This document shows, in pieces, positions 48,000 through 58,553 of a stretch of DNA of 64,000 bases. The position numbers and the translations under genes are program-made. Origin of the DNA: Clostridia bacterium (GTDB lineage Bacteria; Bacillota; Clostridia; Oscillospirales; QAKW01); assembly GCA_017937065.1 (NCBI GenBank), contig JAGBEI010000009.1, positions 13,942 through 77,941 of the forward strand, written 5' to 3'. The notes under the pieces are model-generated. The model had not been told where the DNA came from and did not search any database. It was given only the letters and a program-made list of their open reading frames with translations. The stretch's first letter is position 1. Every line of letters begins with the position of its first letter.

Positions 48000-48074
48000 T
48001 GGCTGGGATGGCTGGATTCGGACCAGCGAATGACGGAGTCAAAGTCCGTTGCCTTACCGCTTGGCTACACCCCA
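48000..48074 (-). tRNA. tRNA-Gln(TTG)
   Basis: ACGGA-CTTTGAC-TCCGT; CCA end; atypical T-loop TCCGAAT. Confidence 0.93.
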
Positions 48075-48129
48075 ATATTCACTGACAAACGGTACGGCAT
48101 ACGACCGCTCCGAAATTTAATAAAAAAAG

Positions 48130-48207
48130 TGGGGTGGATGATGGGACTCAAACCCACGACCTCCAGAGCCACAATCTGGCGCTCTAATCAACTGAACTAC
48201 ATCCACC
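48130..48207 (-). tRNA. tRNA-His(GTG)
   Basis: CCAGA-TTGTGGC-TCTGG; G-1; CCA end. Confidence 0.93.
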
Positions 48208-48236
48208 ATATGAGAGATTTTGCCGTAAATTCAAAG

Positions 48237-48313
<77 letters not shown>

Positions 48314-48319
48314 AAAAAA

Positions 48320-48393
48320 TGGAGCGGGTGATGGGAATCGAACCCACGTTATCAGCTTGGAAGGCTGGAGTTCTACCATTGAACCACACCCGC
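48320..48393 (-). tRNA. tRNA-Gly(TCC)
   Basis: CAGC-CTTCCAA-GCTG; CCA end. Confidence 0.95.
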
Positions 48394-48414
48394 ATATTCA
48401 TTTGCCGCCTAAAT

Positions 48415-48443
48415 ATGTTAGCATAAGTTTTATTTGTTGTCAA
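48415..48443 (-). promoter_or_regulatory. tRNA operon promoter
   Basis: TTGACA-17 bp-TAACAT with TG extension. Confidence 0.65.
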
Positions 48444-48939
48444 GCCCTTTATCAAAAATAAAATCTTTGACAATGCTCCATTCTTTTGTCAGCCGCTCTA
48501 AGGACCAACCCGCGTTTGCGGGACTGGTGGAGGGCAGGGGGTGTGCTTCTATTCCCGTGACATTCTGGCAATATTTTTTGTACAGCCGGCTTGACTTTCC
48601 GCCGTTTGTAAAGATTGCTTTAATGTCGGCGGCGTTCAGTATAACGCTCAGGTCGTTTACTTCAACGTTTTTTATACTGCTGTCGCTGGAGTTTTCAATA
48701 TCGCAGCTTTTTATTACATCCCACAGCGCAATGCGGTTGTCGTGTAAAAGCCTGCGTTTTTGTTCTGTTGTTATCGGTGTTTGCTGTCCGAGTACGGCAG
48801 CAATGACTTTCCAGAATCTGTTTTGCGGGTGGTGATAGAAAAAATTACCCTCTCTTGATTTTACAGAGGGAAAGCTGCCGAGAATTAAAACAACCGAATT
48901 TTTATCATATAGCGGTGCTATTGTATGAATTTCTCTCAC
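48430..48939 (-). CDS. DNA-deoxyinosine (hypoxanthine) glycosylase, UDG superfamily
   Basis: LILGSFPSVKS, NRFW, LPSTSPANA. Confidence 0.88.
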   Translation of the reverse strand: MREIHTIAPLYDKNSVVLILGSFPSVKSREGNFFYHHPQNRFWKVIAAVLGQQTPITTEQKRRLLHDNRIALWDVIKSCDIENSSDSSIKNVEVNDLSVILNAADIKAIFTNGGKSSRLYKKYCQNVTGIEAHPLPSTSPANAGWSLERLTKEWSIVKDFIFDKGLDNK

Positions 48940-49054
48940 TGTCAGCCTCCTGCATTAAATATTACTGTTATTTTATCAGAAAATGTAAAAAAATCAAGTC
49001 TGCCTTGACATGGGTCATTGTATAAAATATACTGTTATGGTAAGAAGGTGTATT

Positions 49055-50062
49055 ATGTTTAATTATTTGAATGAAAATAAAATGACCGAACAGGCTCGGA
49101 CAGAGGGCAAAACTTACTCTCCGTTTGCACTGGTTCTTATTTATTTTGCCGTTATGATTATTGTTAATGTTGTGACAAATATTGTAATGACACCCGTTTT
49201 GATGCTTCTGCTTTCCGAAAGTGCGGATTTTAAGCCGTTTTTAACCTCTCTGATGCAGGCGGACTATACATCTGCTGCGGAGATTTTTTATAAGCTGCTG
49301 AACGGACTGCCTGAATGGATAAATGTTTTTTCGCTGTTTTTGCAGCTTGTTTTACTGATTGCCGCAGTCATTTTTTGCAGGTTTGTTGAAAAACGCTCCG
49401 TTGCGAGCATGGGCTTTCGCCGCGGTCAGATCATTCCGGAATATCTCAAGGGTCTGTTTGCAGGCGCTGTAATGATGACGGTTGTTGTTATGCTTATAAG
49501 GCTCAGCGGCGCTGCGGTTTTCGAGGGCTGGCGTAGGTTCAGTGTGCCGACAGTTATATTTTATTTTATAGGCTACATGATTTTCGGCCTTGCCGAGGAG
49601 GCGCTGATTCACGGCTTTTTTATGACAAGCTCCGCCAAAAGCTCCTCTCTTGCATATTCGCTTATTATGAGCTCTGTTCTGTTTTCGTTTACAAATTCAA
49701 TGAATTCGGGAGCGTCTGTTTTATGCAGCGTTAATGTTTTCATGTTAGGTCTTTTTTCGGGTCTTTGTGTTATGCGCCGCGGTAACCTGTGGGGAATGGG
49801 TGCGTTTCATGCGGCATGGAATTTTACTCAAAGCGTGATTTTCGGTTTCGGCATGAGCAGTGAGTCTTCGCGGACAAGCATAATGAAGTTTACCGGAATA
49901 GAGGGATATGACAGCCTGAACGGCGGCATTTATGGGCTTGAGGGCGGTCTGATTGTTACGCTGGTGCTGTTTTTGGCAATCGGCGCCGTGCTGATATCAA
50001 AGCCCAATAGCAGGGAAGCGGTGATAAGGGCGGTGCCTGAGTCTGGAGAGGAGAATAAGTAA
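49055..50062 (+). CDS. CPBP (CAAX/Abi) intramembrane protease family protein
   Basis: AEE motif, FHAAWNF, GG.YGLEGG; multiple TM segments. Confidence 0.8.
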   Translation: MFNYLNENKMTEQARTEGKTYSPFALVLIYFAVMIIVNVVTNIVMTPVLMLLLSESADFKPFLTSLMQADYTSAAEIFYKLLNGLPEWINVFSLFLQLVLLIAAVIFCRFVEKRSVASMGFRRGQIIPEYLKGLFAGAVMMTVVVMLIRLSGAAVFEGWRRFSVPTVIFYFIGYMIFGLAEEALIHGFFMTSSAKSSSLAYSLIMSSVLFSFTNSMNSGASVLCSVNVFMLGLFSGLCVMRRGNLWGMGAFHAAWNFTQSVIFGFGMSSESSRTSIMKFTGIEGYDSLNGGIYGLEGGLIVTLVLFLAIGAVLISKPNSREAVIRAVPESGEENK

Positions 50063-50064
50063 AT

Positions 50065-50739
50065 ATGAGTTTTTTTGCAACCTGGCTTGACAGTACGCTT
50101 GCCGGCTTTGACGGCGCCGTAATTAATTTTATGCACGCGCTTGCCGTATCGGCGGGCACCGTGCTGACGCCGCTTATGAGATTTATCACGCTAATCGGTG
50201 AAAAGGGCTTAATAGTTTTGATTTTGGCTTTAGTGCTGATGTGCTTTTCAAAAACGCGCAGGGCGGGTATATGTGTTTTCGGTGCAGTGTGCTGCGGCGC
50301 GCTGATAACAAGCATCTGTCTGAAGGACGCCGTTGCCCGTATGCGGCCGCTTGAGGCGTCTGAGACTTATCGTGCTTTTTGGCAGTTTGTAGGCGCGCCT
50401 TTTGAGGACGGCTTTTCCTTCCCGTCAGGTCATGTGACGGCGGTTATGGCAGGTCTGAGTGCGCTTTGCGCGTCACTCGGAAAAAACGGAAAAAAGTATA
50501 TAATACCGTGCGCCGTCTTTGTTTTGCTGATGGGCATGTCCCGCGTCTATCTTATGGCGCACTATCCCAGCGATGTTATAGGTGCAATTTTAGTCGGTGC
50601 ATTGTCGGCTGTTATAGCGTTTTTTATTACAAAGCTTATCTATAAGCTGCTTCAAAAATATTCCGATAATGTATTTTGCAGGTTTGTGCTGAAATTTGAT
50701 GTCTGCCGCGCTTATAATAAAAAGCAAAAAACTAATTGA
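50065..50739 (+). CDS. PAP2 phosphatase
   Basis: K...RMRP, SFPSGH, SRVYLMAHYPSDV. Confidence 0.92.
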   Translation: MSFFATWLDSTLAGFDGAVINFMHALAVSAGTVLTPLMRFITLIGEKGLIVLILALVLMCFSKTRRAGICVFGAVCCGALITSICLKDAVARMRPLEASETYRAFWQFVGAPFEDGFSFPSGHVTAVMAGLSALCASLGKNGKKYIIPCAVFVLLMGMSRVYLMAHYPSDVIGAILVGALSAVIAFFITKLIYKLLQKYSDNVFCRFVLKFDVCRAYNKKQKTN

Positions 50740-50755
50740 TTGACGGAGAAAATGT

Positions 50756-51373
50756 ATGAGTGAAGAACAGCGTATTTTTGACGGTAAGCTGTATTGTCCT
50801 GCCGATGCGGATTTAAAGGCAAAAAAGCTGAGAACGCATAATCTTTGTACAAAATACAATGCGACATTTGAAGATGAAACCGAGCTGCGCTGCAGTATTG
50901 TGAGAGATATCTTTTCGCAGCTGGGAGAGGGCTGCTTTTTTCAAGGACCTCTGTTTGTCCATTACGGCTGCCATACCGTAATAGGCAACCGGCTGTTTGC
51001 CAATTTCAATCTGACTATTCAGGATGATGCTTCCGTCACAATAGGCGATGACTGCAATTTCGGACCGAATGTGGCGATTGTAACACCTCTGCATCCGCTT
51101 TTGCCCGATGAGCGGCTGAAGGTTAGGTTCCCCGACGGCATTGAGCGGCGCGTTTGCCGTGCCAAGCCCGTAAGTATCGGCAATAACTGCTGGTTCGGTG
51201 CAAATGTTACCGTCTGTCCCGGCGTTACCGTCGGGGATAACTGCGTTATCGGCGCGGGCAGTGTTGTGACACGCGATATACCCGACAACAGCCTTGCAGT
51301 CGGTGTGCCGTGCCGCGTCATACGTCAAATCGGTAAAGAAGACAGCGTATATAAAAATCCGGAGCTTTTTTAA
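50756..51373 (+). CDS. Sugar O-acetyltransferase (maltose/galactoside type)
   Basis: Hexapeptide repeats, IGAGSVVTRDIP. Confidence 0.9.
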   Translation: MSEEQRIFDGKLYCPADADLKAKKLRTHNLCTKYNATFEDETELRCSIVRDIFSQLGEGCFFQGPLFVHYGCHTVIGNRLFANFNLTIQDDASVTIGDDCNFGPNVAIVTPLHPLLPDERLKVRFPDGIERRVCRAKPVSIGNNCWFGANVTVCPGVTVGDNCVIGAGSVVTRDIPDNSLAVGVPCRVIRQIGKEDSVYKNPELF

Positions 51374-51374
51374 A

Positions 51375-51405
51375 AAAGCGCAGTACCCGTACGGGTACTG
51401 CGCTT
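51375..51405. terminator. Bidirectional terminator
   Basis: AAAGCGCAGTACCC-GTAC-GGGTACTGCGCTTT. Confidence 0.8.
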
Positions 51406-51425
51406 TGTTTATTTCAGACTGATTT

Positions 51426-51950
51426 TTACGGTTTAACCGATGTGTCGCAGTCAAGCGACATGAAGTATTCGGCAGCTGCTTTATTCTTCTCCGTGCAGTC
51501 GTTGCCCTCAAAATCCTTGTCGGCGCTGAAAAACAACACAAACTGATTATTGACGAATGCTTCGTACTCCTTAATGACCTTTCCGCTTGCGTCGTAAATT
51601 ATGTATTTGCCCGTTTCCTTGATTTCCGCGAGCTTTTCTGACGGAGCTCTGTAATAGAAAAGCTCCATGTATACATCGTATGAATTTATCTTGTAGCTCT
51701 CTAACATACTTTCGTCGTCTGATTTTGTCTTTGTTGCGGATTTTATTTTAAATCCGTTTTCGTTCATTGATGCAAGCACCCACAGGGCAGACCCTTGTTC
51801 CACCTTTTTAAGCGACGGCATATCGAAAGGACCTGTGTAATCTTCGCGCTGTTCTAAAATATTTATTCCCGTTTTGTCAGAGCTGCATCCGAAAACCGAA
51901 ACGGAAAGCAGGATTATCATTGCGGCAATCGCCAGTTTTTTTATTCTCAT
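51426..51950 (-). CDS. Hypothetical lipoprotein
   Basis: MRIKK...VFGC lipobox. Confidence 0.65.
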   Translation of the reverse strand: MRIKKLAIAAMIILLSVSVFGCSSDKTGINILEQREDYTGPFDMPSLKKVEQGSALWVLASMNENGFKIKSATKTKSDDESMLESYKINSYDVYMELFYYRAPSEKLAEIKETGKYIIYDASGKVIKEYEAFVNNQFVLFFSADKDFEGNDCTEKNKAAAEYFMSLDCDTSVKP

Positions 51951-52104
51951 ATGTTGACCAACCTTTCTTTTCTGTATTAAAATAATATCATAAAAAAACA
52001 GACTGTTCAATACATATTCGTGATTTATGTTGATTTAAAATATTGAAAGACGGGCGCCGCTGTGATATAATATTAATAATGTATAAAAATAAACGGAGTT
52101 AAAA

Positions 52105-52830
52105 ATGAAATTATTAAAAAAAGTATTATCGGTTGTATTGATGTGTGCCGCACTCGCGTCGCTTTCTTCCTGCTCCGACCTTGAGATTACCGAGCAGATG
52201 CAGGAGGGGATTGATGCATATATTGCAGCGGTCGCACAGAGTGAAAAAAGAGAATCGGGTAGTGTAAAGGTTGTTTCCCTGTCAGAGGATAACGCCATTG
52301 AATTTAAAAATACCGAATCTGTCATCGAGTGTGATTTTACGGTGACGGAAGGAAAAGTGTCGTATACACGCAGCGACTATCTGAACGGTGAAAAAGCCGC
52401 GGAATACAAATGTGACGGAAACACTGTTCTGCATCGCAGTGATGACAGTGAAGCATGGTCTGACAAGACTGAGGAAAATTCAGCATTTCTGTCAGCTCAG
52501 ACAAATCCGCTGACCACGCTTTCTCTCTTCCGTGTCGACAGCAAATACAAAGTGCGCACCGATTATATGACGGATATAAAGTATAACTCCGTGCCCGATG
52601 AGAACGGATATACCTCTGTGGAATTTACGCTTAAGGACAGCACAGTGTCCGATATCCTTGATTATAATAAAGTCAAGGGCATTGTGCGCCGCTCGGCAGG
52701 GCACACAAGAACGTATTATATTGATAGCAGCGGATATATTGCTAAAATTGTCGTTTTAACAAATCAGGTTGTTTTGAATAACGGCAAGGAGGGGAGCTAC
52801 AATACCGAAATGACTGTGCTGTGCAGTTGA
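52105..52830 (+). CDS. Hypothetical lipoprotein
   Basis: LSSC lipobox; beta-rich mature region. Confidence 0.65.
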   Translation: MKLLKKVLSVVLMCAALASLSSCSDLEITEQMQEGIDAYIAAVAQSEKRESGSVKVVSLSEDNAIEFKNTESVIECDFTVTEGKVSYTRSDYLNGEKAAEYKCDGNTVLHRSDDSEAWSDKTEENSAFLSAQTNPLTTLSLFRVDSKYKVRTDYMTDIKYNSVPDENGYTSVEFTLKDSTVSDILDYNKVKGIVRRSAGHTRTYYIDSSGYIAKIVVLTNQVVLNNGKEGSYNTEMTVLCS

Positions 52831-52831
52831 T

Positions 52832-53560
52832 TTATGAGCTTTTTTCTATCTCTTTTCTGAGCCTTATTATAATTTTCTTTTCAAGCCTTGATATATATGA
52901 CTGGGAGATGCCCAAAAGGTCTGCGACCTCTTTTTGGGTCATCTCCTTTTGACCTTTCAGACCGAAACGCATTTCCATAATTTGTTTTTCACGGTCAGAC
53001 AGCTTTGTCAGCGCCTGAGACAGCATTTGCTTTTCTATGTCGTATTCGAGGTCCTTGTAAACGCTGTCGCTGTCCGTGCCTAAAATATCGGAGAGCAGCA
53101 GCTCGTTGCCGTCCCAGTCGATATTGAGCGGCTCGTCAAGGGAAATCTCGTTTTTTCTGATGTTGCTCTTTCTCAGAAACATCAGTATTTCATTTTCTAT
53201 GCATCTTGAAGCGTAAGTTGCAAGCTTTATGTTTTTTTCCGATTTAAAAGTCTTTATCGCTTTTATCAGCCCGATATTTCCTATTGAAATCAGGTCGTCT
53301 GCCATAATCCCCGTATTTTCAAACCGCTTTGCTATATACACGACAAGGCGCAGGTTGTGTTCAATCAATACCCGCTCTGCCTCGGCGCTGCCGTTTTCGA
53401 GCAGCTGTATGTATTCGCTTTCCTTTTCAGCGGAAAGAGGCGGGGGCAGCGTCATGTAGCTGCCTATGTAATAGACATTGTCCTTTATGAAAATATCGGG
53501 AAATTTTTTAAGAAGATATTTTGCAATTAAAATTCTCAGCTTTTTTAAAATAGCGGTCAT
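52832..53560 (-). CDS. sigE: Pro-sigmaE sporulation sigma factor
   Basis: Basic pro-sequence, YYIG...[21 protein letters not shown]; follows spoIIGA. Confidence 0.96.
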   Translation of the reverse strand: MTAILKKLRILIAKYLLKKFPDIFIKDNVYYIGSYMTLPPPLSAEKESEYIQLLENGSAEAERVLIEHNLRLVVYIAKRFENTGIMADDLISIGNIGLIKAIKTFKSEKNIKLATYASRCIENEILMFLRKSNIRKNEISLDEPLNIDWDGNELLLSDILGTDSDSVYKDLEYDIEKQMLSQALTKLSDREKQIMEMRFGLKGQKEMTQKEVADLLGISQSYISRLEKKIIIRLRKEIEKSS

Positions 53561-53583
53561 TGTTCCTGTCCCCCGTTTTTGTT

Positions 53584-54468
53584 TTATACTTTTGAATGAA
53601 GAAGCGCATTGAACGCACCGTCCGCCGACAGCTGTGTGCCGATAATTCCCACCAGCATCCGTTCAATGCTTGTGTTTTTATCCGCGTCGGTGATTTTATC
53701 CGGCTTAAAGGCGTATACAAAGCTCTTATTCCCGGTAATATCCTTGAACGGCACAACCCTGAGCTTCAGCTCCGGGTGCAGCTCATGCAGCAGAGGCAGC
53801 TCGTCTGTGCTGTTTTCCCTTACCTGACGCAAAAGGCTTTCGCTCAGCTTTCCCTTTAAAGCTTCTGCTTCAATCAGCATTACCGGCATCAGGGAAATCG
53901 GGTCGTACAGTGTGTTTCCCGTGTCAAACAGTGCGTTTACCGCTACATGTGTTCCGGAAAAATAAATGTTAAGCCGCCGTATTTGCCGCTTTGCCGCGCG
54001 TCCGCCTGATATTTTTGAAAATATTTTTATTATGTAGTAAAATATAAACGTCATAAGTATGACTGCCCACAGCGGCAGGTCGATGTAATAAACCCCGTTT
54101 GAGGAATTCATTCTCGAGCCGAGCGACGTAAAGTGGTAAAATGCGTACATTCCGCCGCCGTATACTGCGTTTATTACATAATATGTGACAAAAATCTTAA
54201 AATACGAATAGATGTTTATGTATTTGAAGGAAATAAGTATTATTGCTGCGCTTGCGATAATTTTAAAAATAATTATGTTAAGCAGCTGCAGCTGAGGGAA
54301 AAATATAATTACGCTGTAAAGCGCGCCGGCTGCGGCGCCCAGAAGCATGCGCCATTTCACTGTTTCCCTGCCGCTTATCAGCGCGCTGGACGACAGAACT
54401 ATGTAGTCCACTATCATGTTAAGCAGAAACAGGACATCAACATAAATTGTAAGATTCAACGGCATCAC
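53584..54468 (-). CDS. spoIIGA: SigmaE-processing aspartic peptidase
   Basis: [17 protein letters not shown]; true start may be TTG 54459. Confidence 0.92.
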   Translation of the reverse strand: MMPLNLTIYVDVLFLLNMIVDYIVLSSSALISGRETVKWRMLLGAAAGALYSVIIFFPQLQLLNIIIFKIIASAAIILISFKYINIYSYFKIFVTYYVINAVYGGGMYAFYHFTSLGSRMNSSNGVYYIDLPLWAVILMTFIFYYIIKIFSKISGGRAAKRQIRRLNIYFSGTHVAVNALFDTGNTLYDPISLMPVMLIEAEALKGKLSESLLRQVRENSTDELPLLHELHPELKLRVVPFKDITGNKSFVYAFKPDKITDADKNTSIERMLVGIIGTQLSADGAFNALLHSKV

Positions 54469-54560
54469 TCCGATGTGAAAATTATATTATGCCGAGGGTA
54501 AACTTTGTGTCATTTTTTGTTAAAGATTAATTAATATTTGAAAAGCGGGTCTTTACTTTT

Positions 54561-54567
54561 TTCGACA
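54561..54567 (-). promoter_or_regulatory. Spo0A box upstream of spoIIGA
   Basis: TGTCGAA on the minus strand; TATAAT at 54486-54481. Confidence 0.55.
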
Positions 54568-54656
54568 TCTGTGGTAAACTTGCTTTTGTAATTTTGAAAA
54601 ATGCGGTGTTTTTGTATATATTTTGCCGCATTTACACTTCCAAAGGAATCTGTTAT

Positions 54657-56222
54657 ATGAAGAAAAAGGGCAATATATTTGTCTATCTGGTGCTTGTGTC
54701 GGCGGTGCTTGTTACAAAGGTGCTGGGGCTTGTGCGCAATATGCTGCTTTCGGCAAATTACGGTACGGGCATCGAGGCATCGGCGTTTACCGCGGTTTCC
54801 AACCTTCCGCTGATTGTATTTGACGTCACTTTCGGTACGGCGATATCCGCGGCGTTTGTTCCTGTTTTCAATGAAAAGCTGACAAATGACGGACCGCGGA
54901 GTGCAAACCGTTTTGCCAGCAACTTTCTGAATATTGTTTTGCTTTTCGCTGCGGTGCTTGTGGCACTGGGCGTCATTTTTCCGAAGGCGGCGGTTATGCT
55001 TGTTGCCGGAGGCTTTGGCAATGATGCGCAGGCGCTGTCGCTTGCGTCTTCGCTCATGCGCATCATCATGCCGATAATCTGTTTTGCCTGCGGCACTTTT
55101 ATTTTTGTGGGTATCCTGCAGTCCTACGGAGAATTTATCGCGCCCTCGCTTGTTTCGCTTTTTTCAAATCTGTCAATGATAGTATACCTGCTGTTTTTAA
55201 ACGGGCGTTACGGTATACACGGTCTTGCTGTTGCATTTTGCGCCGGCTGGCTCATGCAGCTTTTGTTTCTTGTTCCGTTTCTCAAAAAGAAGAAGTTTCA
55301 TTACAGTGCGGGACTTGATTTTAAGTCTCCCGATATAAAAAAGGTCGCTGTCCTGACGCTTCCGCTCTTTGTTTCCGCGCTTGCACAGCCTATTAATCAG
55401 CTGATTTCGTCCAATCTCAGCTCAGGCATTTCGGAAAGCGGCGTTGCAACCGTAAACTATGCATATAATGCTTATTTTATTGTTGCGGGTGTGTTTTCGT
55501 ACGCGCTGACCAATATGTTTTTTCCCGAAATGTCGCGCAGGTTTGCGAGCCGCGATACGGACGGCGCCACCGATATATGCAGGGACATGCTGTCAACGAT
55601 TACTGCGGTCATTATGCCGATTATGGTCTTTCTTGCCGCCGTCTCCGAGCCGATAATAAGGATTATATATCAGCGCGGAAAGTTTACGGCGCAGGATACC
55701 GTCAGTGTGGCGCTGCTTCTTACGGTGTATGCCTTCGGTATGATTTTTCTGTCCTGGCAGGATATTCTCAATAAGTTTTTTTACTCGATGCAAAAATCTG
55801 TTGTGCCGATGATTGCGGCGGCGTCCGGGATTGCCGTAAACCTGATTTTGTCGCTTATTCTGAGCCCGTTTATGGGACTGACCGGACTTGCACTGTCCAC
55901 AGTTATAGCAGGCGCTCTCATGACCTTGATTTTATCTCTGTTTACTTTAAAATATACGAGAAATATATTTAAAAAAGACTTTGCCGCGGAGATTTTAAAG
56001 CTCGTTATCGGCGGTGCTGCGGTGTTTGCGGCTTGCTCGCTGATGCTGCGCGTGCTGAATTTTAATACGGCTGTTTTATGGCAGTCGATTATGTATACAC
56101 TTTTAACTTTTGCGGCAGCGTTAGCCGTATATCTGGGCGTTTTGTTTATCCTGCGTTCAAAAAGCATTAATAATATAATAAATTTATTCGGGAAAGGAGG
56201 TAAAACCGATGACATACAGTAA
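54657..56222 (+). CDS. murJ: MurJ/MviN-family flippase
   Basis: KVLGLVR...YG.G, AFVPVF, IYQRGKF; about 14 TM segments. Confidence 0.88.
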   Translation: MKKKGNIFVYLVLVSAVLVTKVLGLVRNMLLSANYGTGIEASAFTAVSNLPLIVFDVTFGTAISAAFVPVFNEKLTNDGPRSANRFASNFLNIVLLFAAVLVALGVIFPKAAVMLVAGGFGNDAQALSLASSLMRIIMPIICFACGTFIFVGILQSYGEFIAPSLVSLFSNLSMIVYLLFLNGRYGIHGLAVAFCAGWLMQLLFLVPFLKKKKFHYSAGLDFKSPDIKKVAVLTLPLFVSALAQPINQLISSNLSSGISESGVATVNYAYNAYFIVAGVFSYALTNMFFPEMSRRFASRDTDGATDICRDMLSTITAVIMPIMVFLAAVSEPIIRIIYQRGKFTAQDTVSVALLLTVYAFGMIFLSWQDILNKFFYSMQKSVVPMIAAASGIAVNLILSLILSPFMGLTGLALSTVIAGALMTLILSLFTLKYTRNIFKKDFAAEILKLVIGGAAVFAACSLMLRVLNFNTAVLWQSIMYTLLTFAAALAVYLGVLFILRSKSINNIINLFGKGGKTDDIQ

Positions 56223-58065
56223 ATATGACGGCTTTTGGCTGAGAATAACCGATATTATAAGCGCGTCATTGTTCGGCAGAGCATTTTTATGGATTGTGCG
56301 GACAATCGGCGGTATGTTTCACAGCAGCTGGATTTACAGCTTTTTTACCTCCAAGGATATGGAGGATTATGCCGCATCTTCTAAAATTGCGGGGTTTTTC
56401 AGGCGTGTTATCTTTAAAAGTAAGTTTTCCGATATGGTTGCACAGAGCGCCATTGTGCGTTCACTCTGCTTTTTCCCCGATTATCTGTTTTCGTCAAGAA
56501 TATCGCTTGTCTCGTTTTATTTGATTCCGAGCGGTATACTGATGTTTATCAGCTCTTTCGGAAATGTCGGGTATATGATAGGCTATGCTCTTGTCATAGT
56601 AATCGGCATGATACTTCTGAGCTTTAAGGTCAGTGTCGGTGATGTTTTGTTCGGCTCTGCACTGCTCGGCGGACTTTGCCGGTTTTTCGGGATAAAGGCT
56701 GATGCGTCGAGAGCCGCGCCGTTAAAAAAGACTGCGGCTTTTGCGGTGATTGCAGGACTTCTGACGGGCGGAGCATCCTTTTTTCTGAACGATGTCTTTT
56801 CGGTTGTACTGTTTGGCGCGGTTCTGCTTTTTCCGCTGCTTGCCGCGTCTCCGATACTGCTTATAACCCTTGCTCTTTTCAGCGGAATGGCTATGTCTAC
56901 AATGCCCGCGTCGGTGCTTGCGGCAATTACGGTGATTATTGTGCTTTGCAGGCTTTTCTGCAAGGCGGAGCAGCTGCCGCGGCTGCGCCCCGTGTATGTT
57001 TTTGCCGTTATGTACTTTGTTCTGACGCTGTTTTACACCCTGTTCGGCTACGGCGGCAGTGACAGCGCGCTTGCCGGTGCCATACAGTCTATCTTTTTGC
57101 TGTTTTTCTTTGCGGTCGTCGTCGTTATAAATTCCGCAGAGAAATTTAAACGCCTTGTTTTTTCCGTTTCCGCATGTACAATATATACGGGGCTTTTGGG
57201 CCTTTACCAGCGGCTTACCGGTCAGGGAGGCACGGGCTGGTCATATACAAACGAATATGTCGGCGGACTGAAAAGAATAAGCGCGACGTTTTCAAATCCG
57301 AATGTTTACGGTGAATTTATTCTTTTTGCCATATGTATTGTAATTGCGGCTGTTTTGTTATCCAAAGGCGTGTGGCAGCGCCTGTTCTTTATCGGGTGTC
57401 TTATGCTCCAGGTGATAAATCTCGGACTTACCTATTCCCGCGGCTGCTATATCGCCGCAGCGTGCGCGGTCTTTCTTATTGTCTGGTGCTGTGATAAGCG
57501 TATTCTCAGCGCCGGAATATTCGGCATTCCGCTTTTGCCTTATGTTCTGCCGCAGAATATTATCACGCGCATTTTAAGCGTCGGATCATATTTAAAGGAC
57601 GGCTCGGTGGTGTACCGTTTCAGTATATGGCGTGCCTGTCTGCGTGTTATTCAAAATCACTGGTATGTCGGTTCGGGCGTAGGAACGGTTGCGTTTACGG
57701 CTTTTTATCAGAACTATATGATAGGCGGGGTTACGGCGCAGCATTCACATAATCTGTTTATTCAGATTACAATAGAATTGAGCATAATAGCTCTCGTGCT
57801 CATGCTGCTTATTATTTTCTTCGGACTTAAGGATGTATGCCGGACTGTAAAGGAGAGCCCTGATATAAGGTCTAAATTCTTTATTATTCCGTTTGTCGCG
57901 GCTCTCGGCGCCGTAATGATAGAGGGTATGGTCGATTATATATTTTATAATAATATAGTTTATATGTTCTTTTGGACGGTGCTTGCGCTTCTCATTGCCG
58001 GACTTAATATAGTGAGTGCGCAGACGGCAAAGTCAGTACGGACAGAAAAAGGAGTAGGCATATGA
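56209..58065 (+). CDS. O-antigen ligase/polymerase family protein
   Basis: RISATFSNPN, TYSRG, G.G.G, HSHN. Confidence 0.88.
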   Translation: MTYSKYDGFWLRITDIISASLFGRAFLWIVRTIGGMFHSSWIYSFFTSKDMEDYAASSKIAGFFRRVIFKSKFSDMVAQSAIVRSLCFFPDYLFSSRISLVSFYLIPSGILMFISSFGNVGYMIGYALVIVIGMILLSFKVSVGDVLFGSALLGGLCRFFGIKADASRAAPLKKTAAFAVIAGLLTGGASFFLNDVFSVVLFGAVLLFPLLAASPILLITLALFSGMAMSTMPASVLAAITVIIVLCRLFCKAEQLPRLRPVYVFAVMYFVLTLFYTLFGYGGSDSALAGAIQSIFLLFFFAVVVVINSAEKFKRLVFSVSACTIYTGLLGLYQRLTGQGGTGWSYTNEYVGGLKRISATFSNPNVYGEFILFAICIVIAAVLLSKGVWQRLFFIGCLMLQVINLGLTYSRGCYIAAACAVFLIVWCCDKRILSAGIFGIPLLPYVLPQNIITRILSVGSYLKDGSVVYRFSIWRACLRVIQNHWYVGSGVGTVAFTAFYQNYMIGGVTAQHSHNLFIQITIELSIIALVLMLLIIFFGLKDVCRTVKESPDIRSKFFIIPFVAALGAVMIEGMVDYIFYNNIVYMFFWTVLALLIAGLNIVSAQTAKSVRTEKGVGI

Positions 58066-58550
58066 GAAAATACAGGTTGTTCGGAAAAATCCCGGTATTC
58101 GATATAATCGTTATAGCGGTTATAATAGTTTTGGGCGTGGTTTTTTACAATGTATTTATGACAAGCAATTCGGGAAATGTTATAGTCAATTCACAGACCA
58201 AAACTATACGTTACACCATAGAATTTATGAATATTTCCGATATGATAGACGGGATTCCCGATGTGGGTGAAAAGGTGTTTGAAACCTCATCTAACTATGA
58301 GATAGGAAAGGTTGTATCCGCTCAGTCAAAACCGTTTGTAAATTACAGCTTCAGCGAAATAACGGGTGAGGCTGTACAGACGGAATATAAGGACCGCTCC
58401 ACCGTGTCGGTGGTGGTTGAGGCGAAAGCTGTTGTGTCCGAGCGTGCTACCGAGGTAAACGGAGTTCCGTTGGGCTTGGGTAAGGTTATGACCTGCAATA
58501 TGCCCAGCCTCTGCGCTCAGGGCGTTATCGTGGATATGGAAGAGGTGTAA
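58062..58550 (+). CDS. DUF4330-like protein
   Basis: RLFGKIPVFDII, single TM, beta domain. Confidence 0.7.
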   Translation: MRKYRLFGKIPVFDIIVIAVIIVLGVVFYNVFMTSNSGNVIVNSQTKTIRYTIEFMNISDMIDGIPDVGEKVFETSSNYEIGKVVSAQSKPFVNYSFSEITGEAVQTEYKDRSTVSVVVEAKAVVSERATEVNGVPLGLGKVMTCNMPSLCAQGVIVDMEEV

Positions 58551-58553
58551 GCT

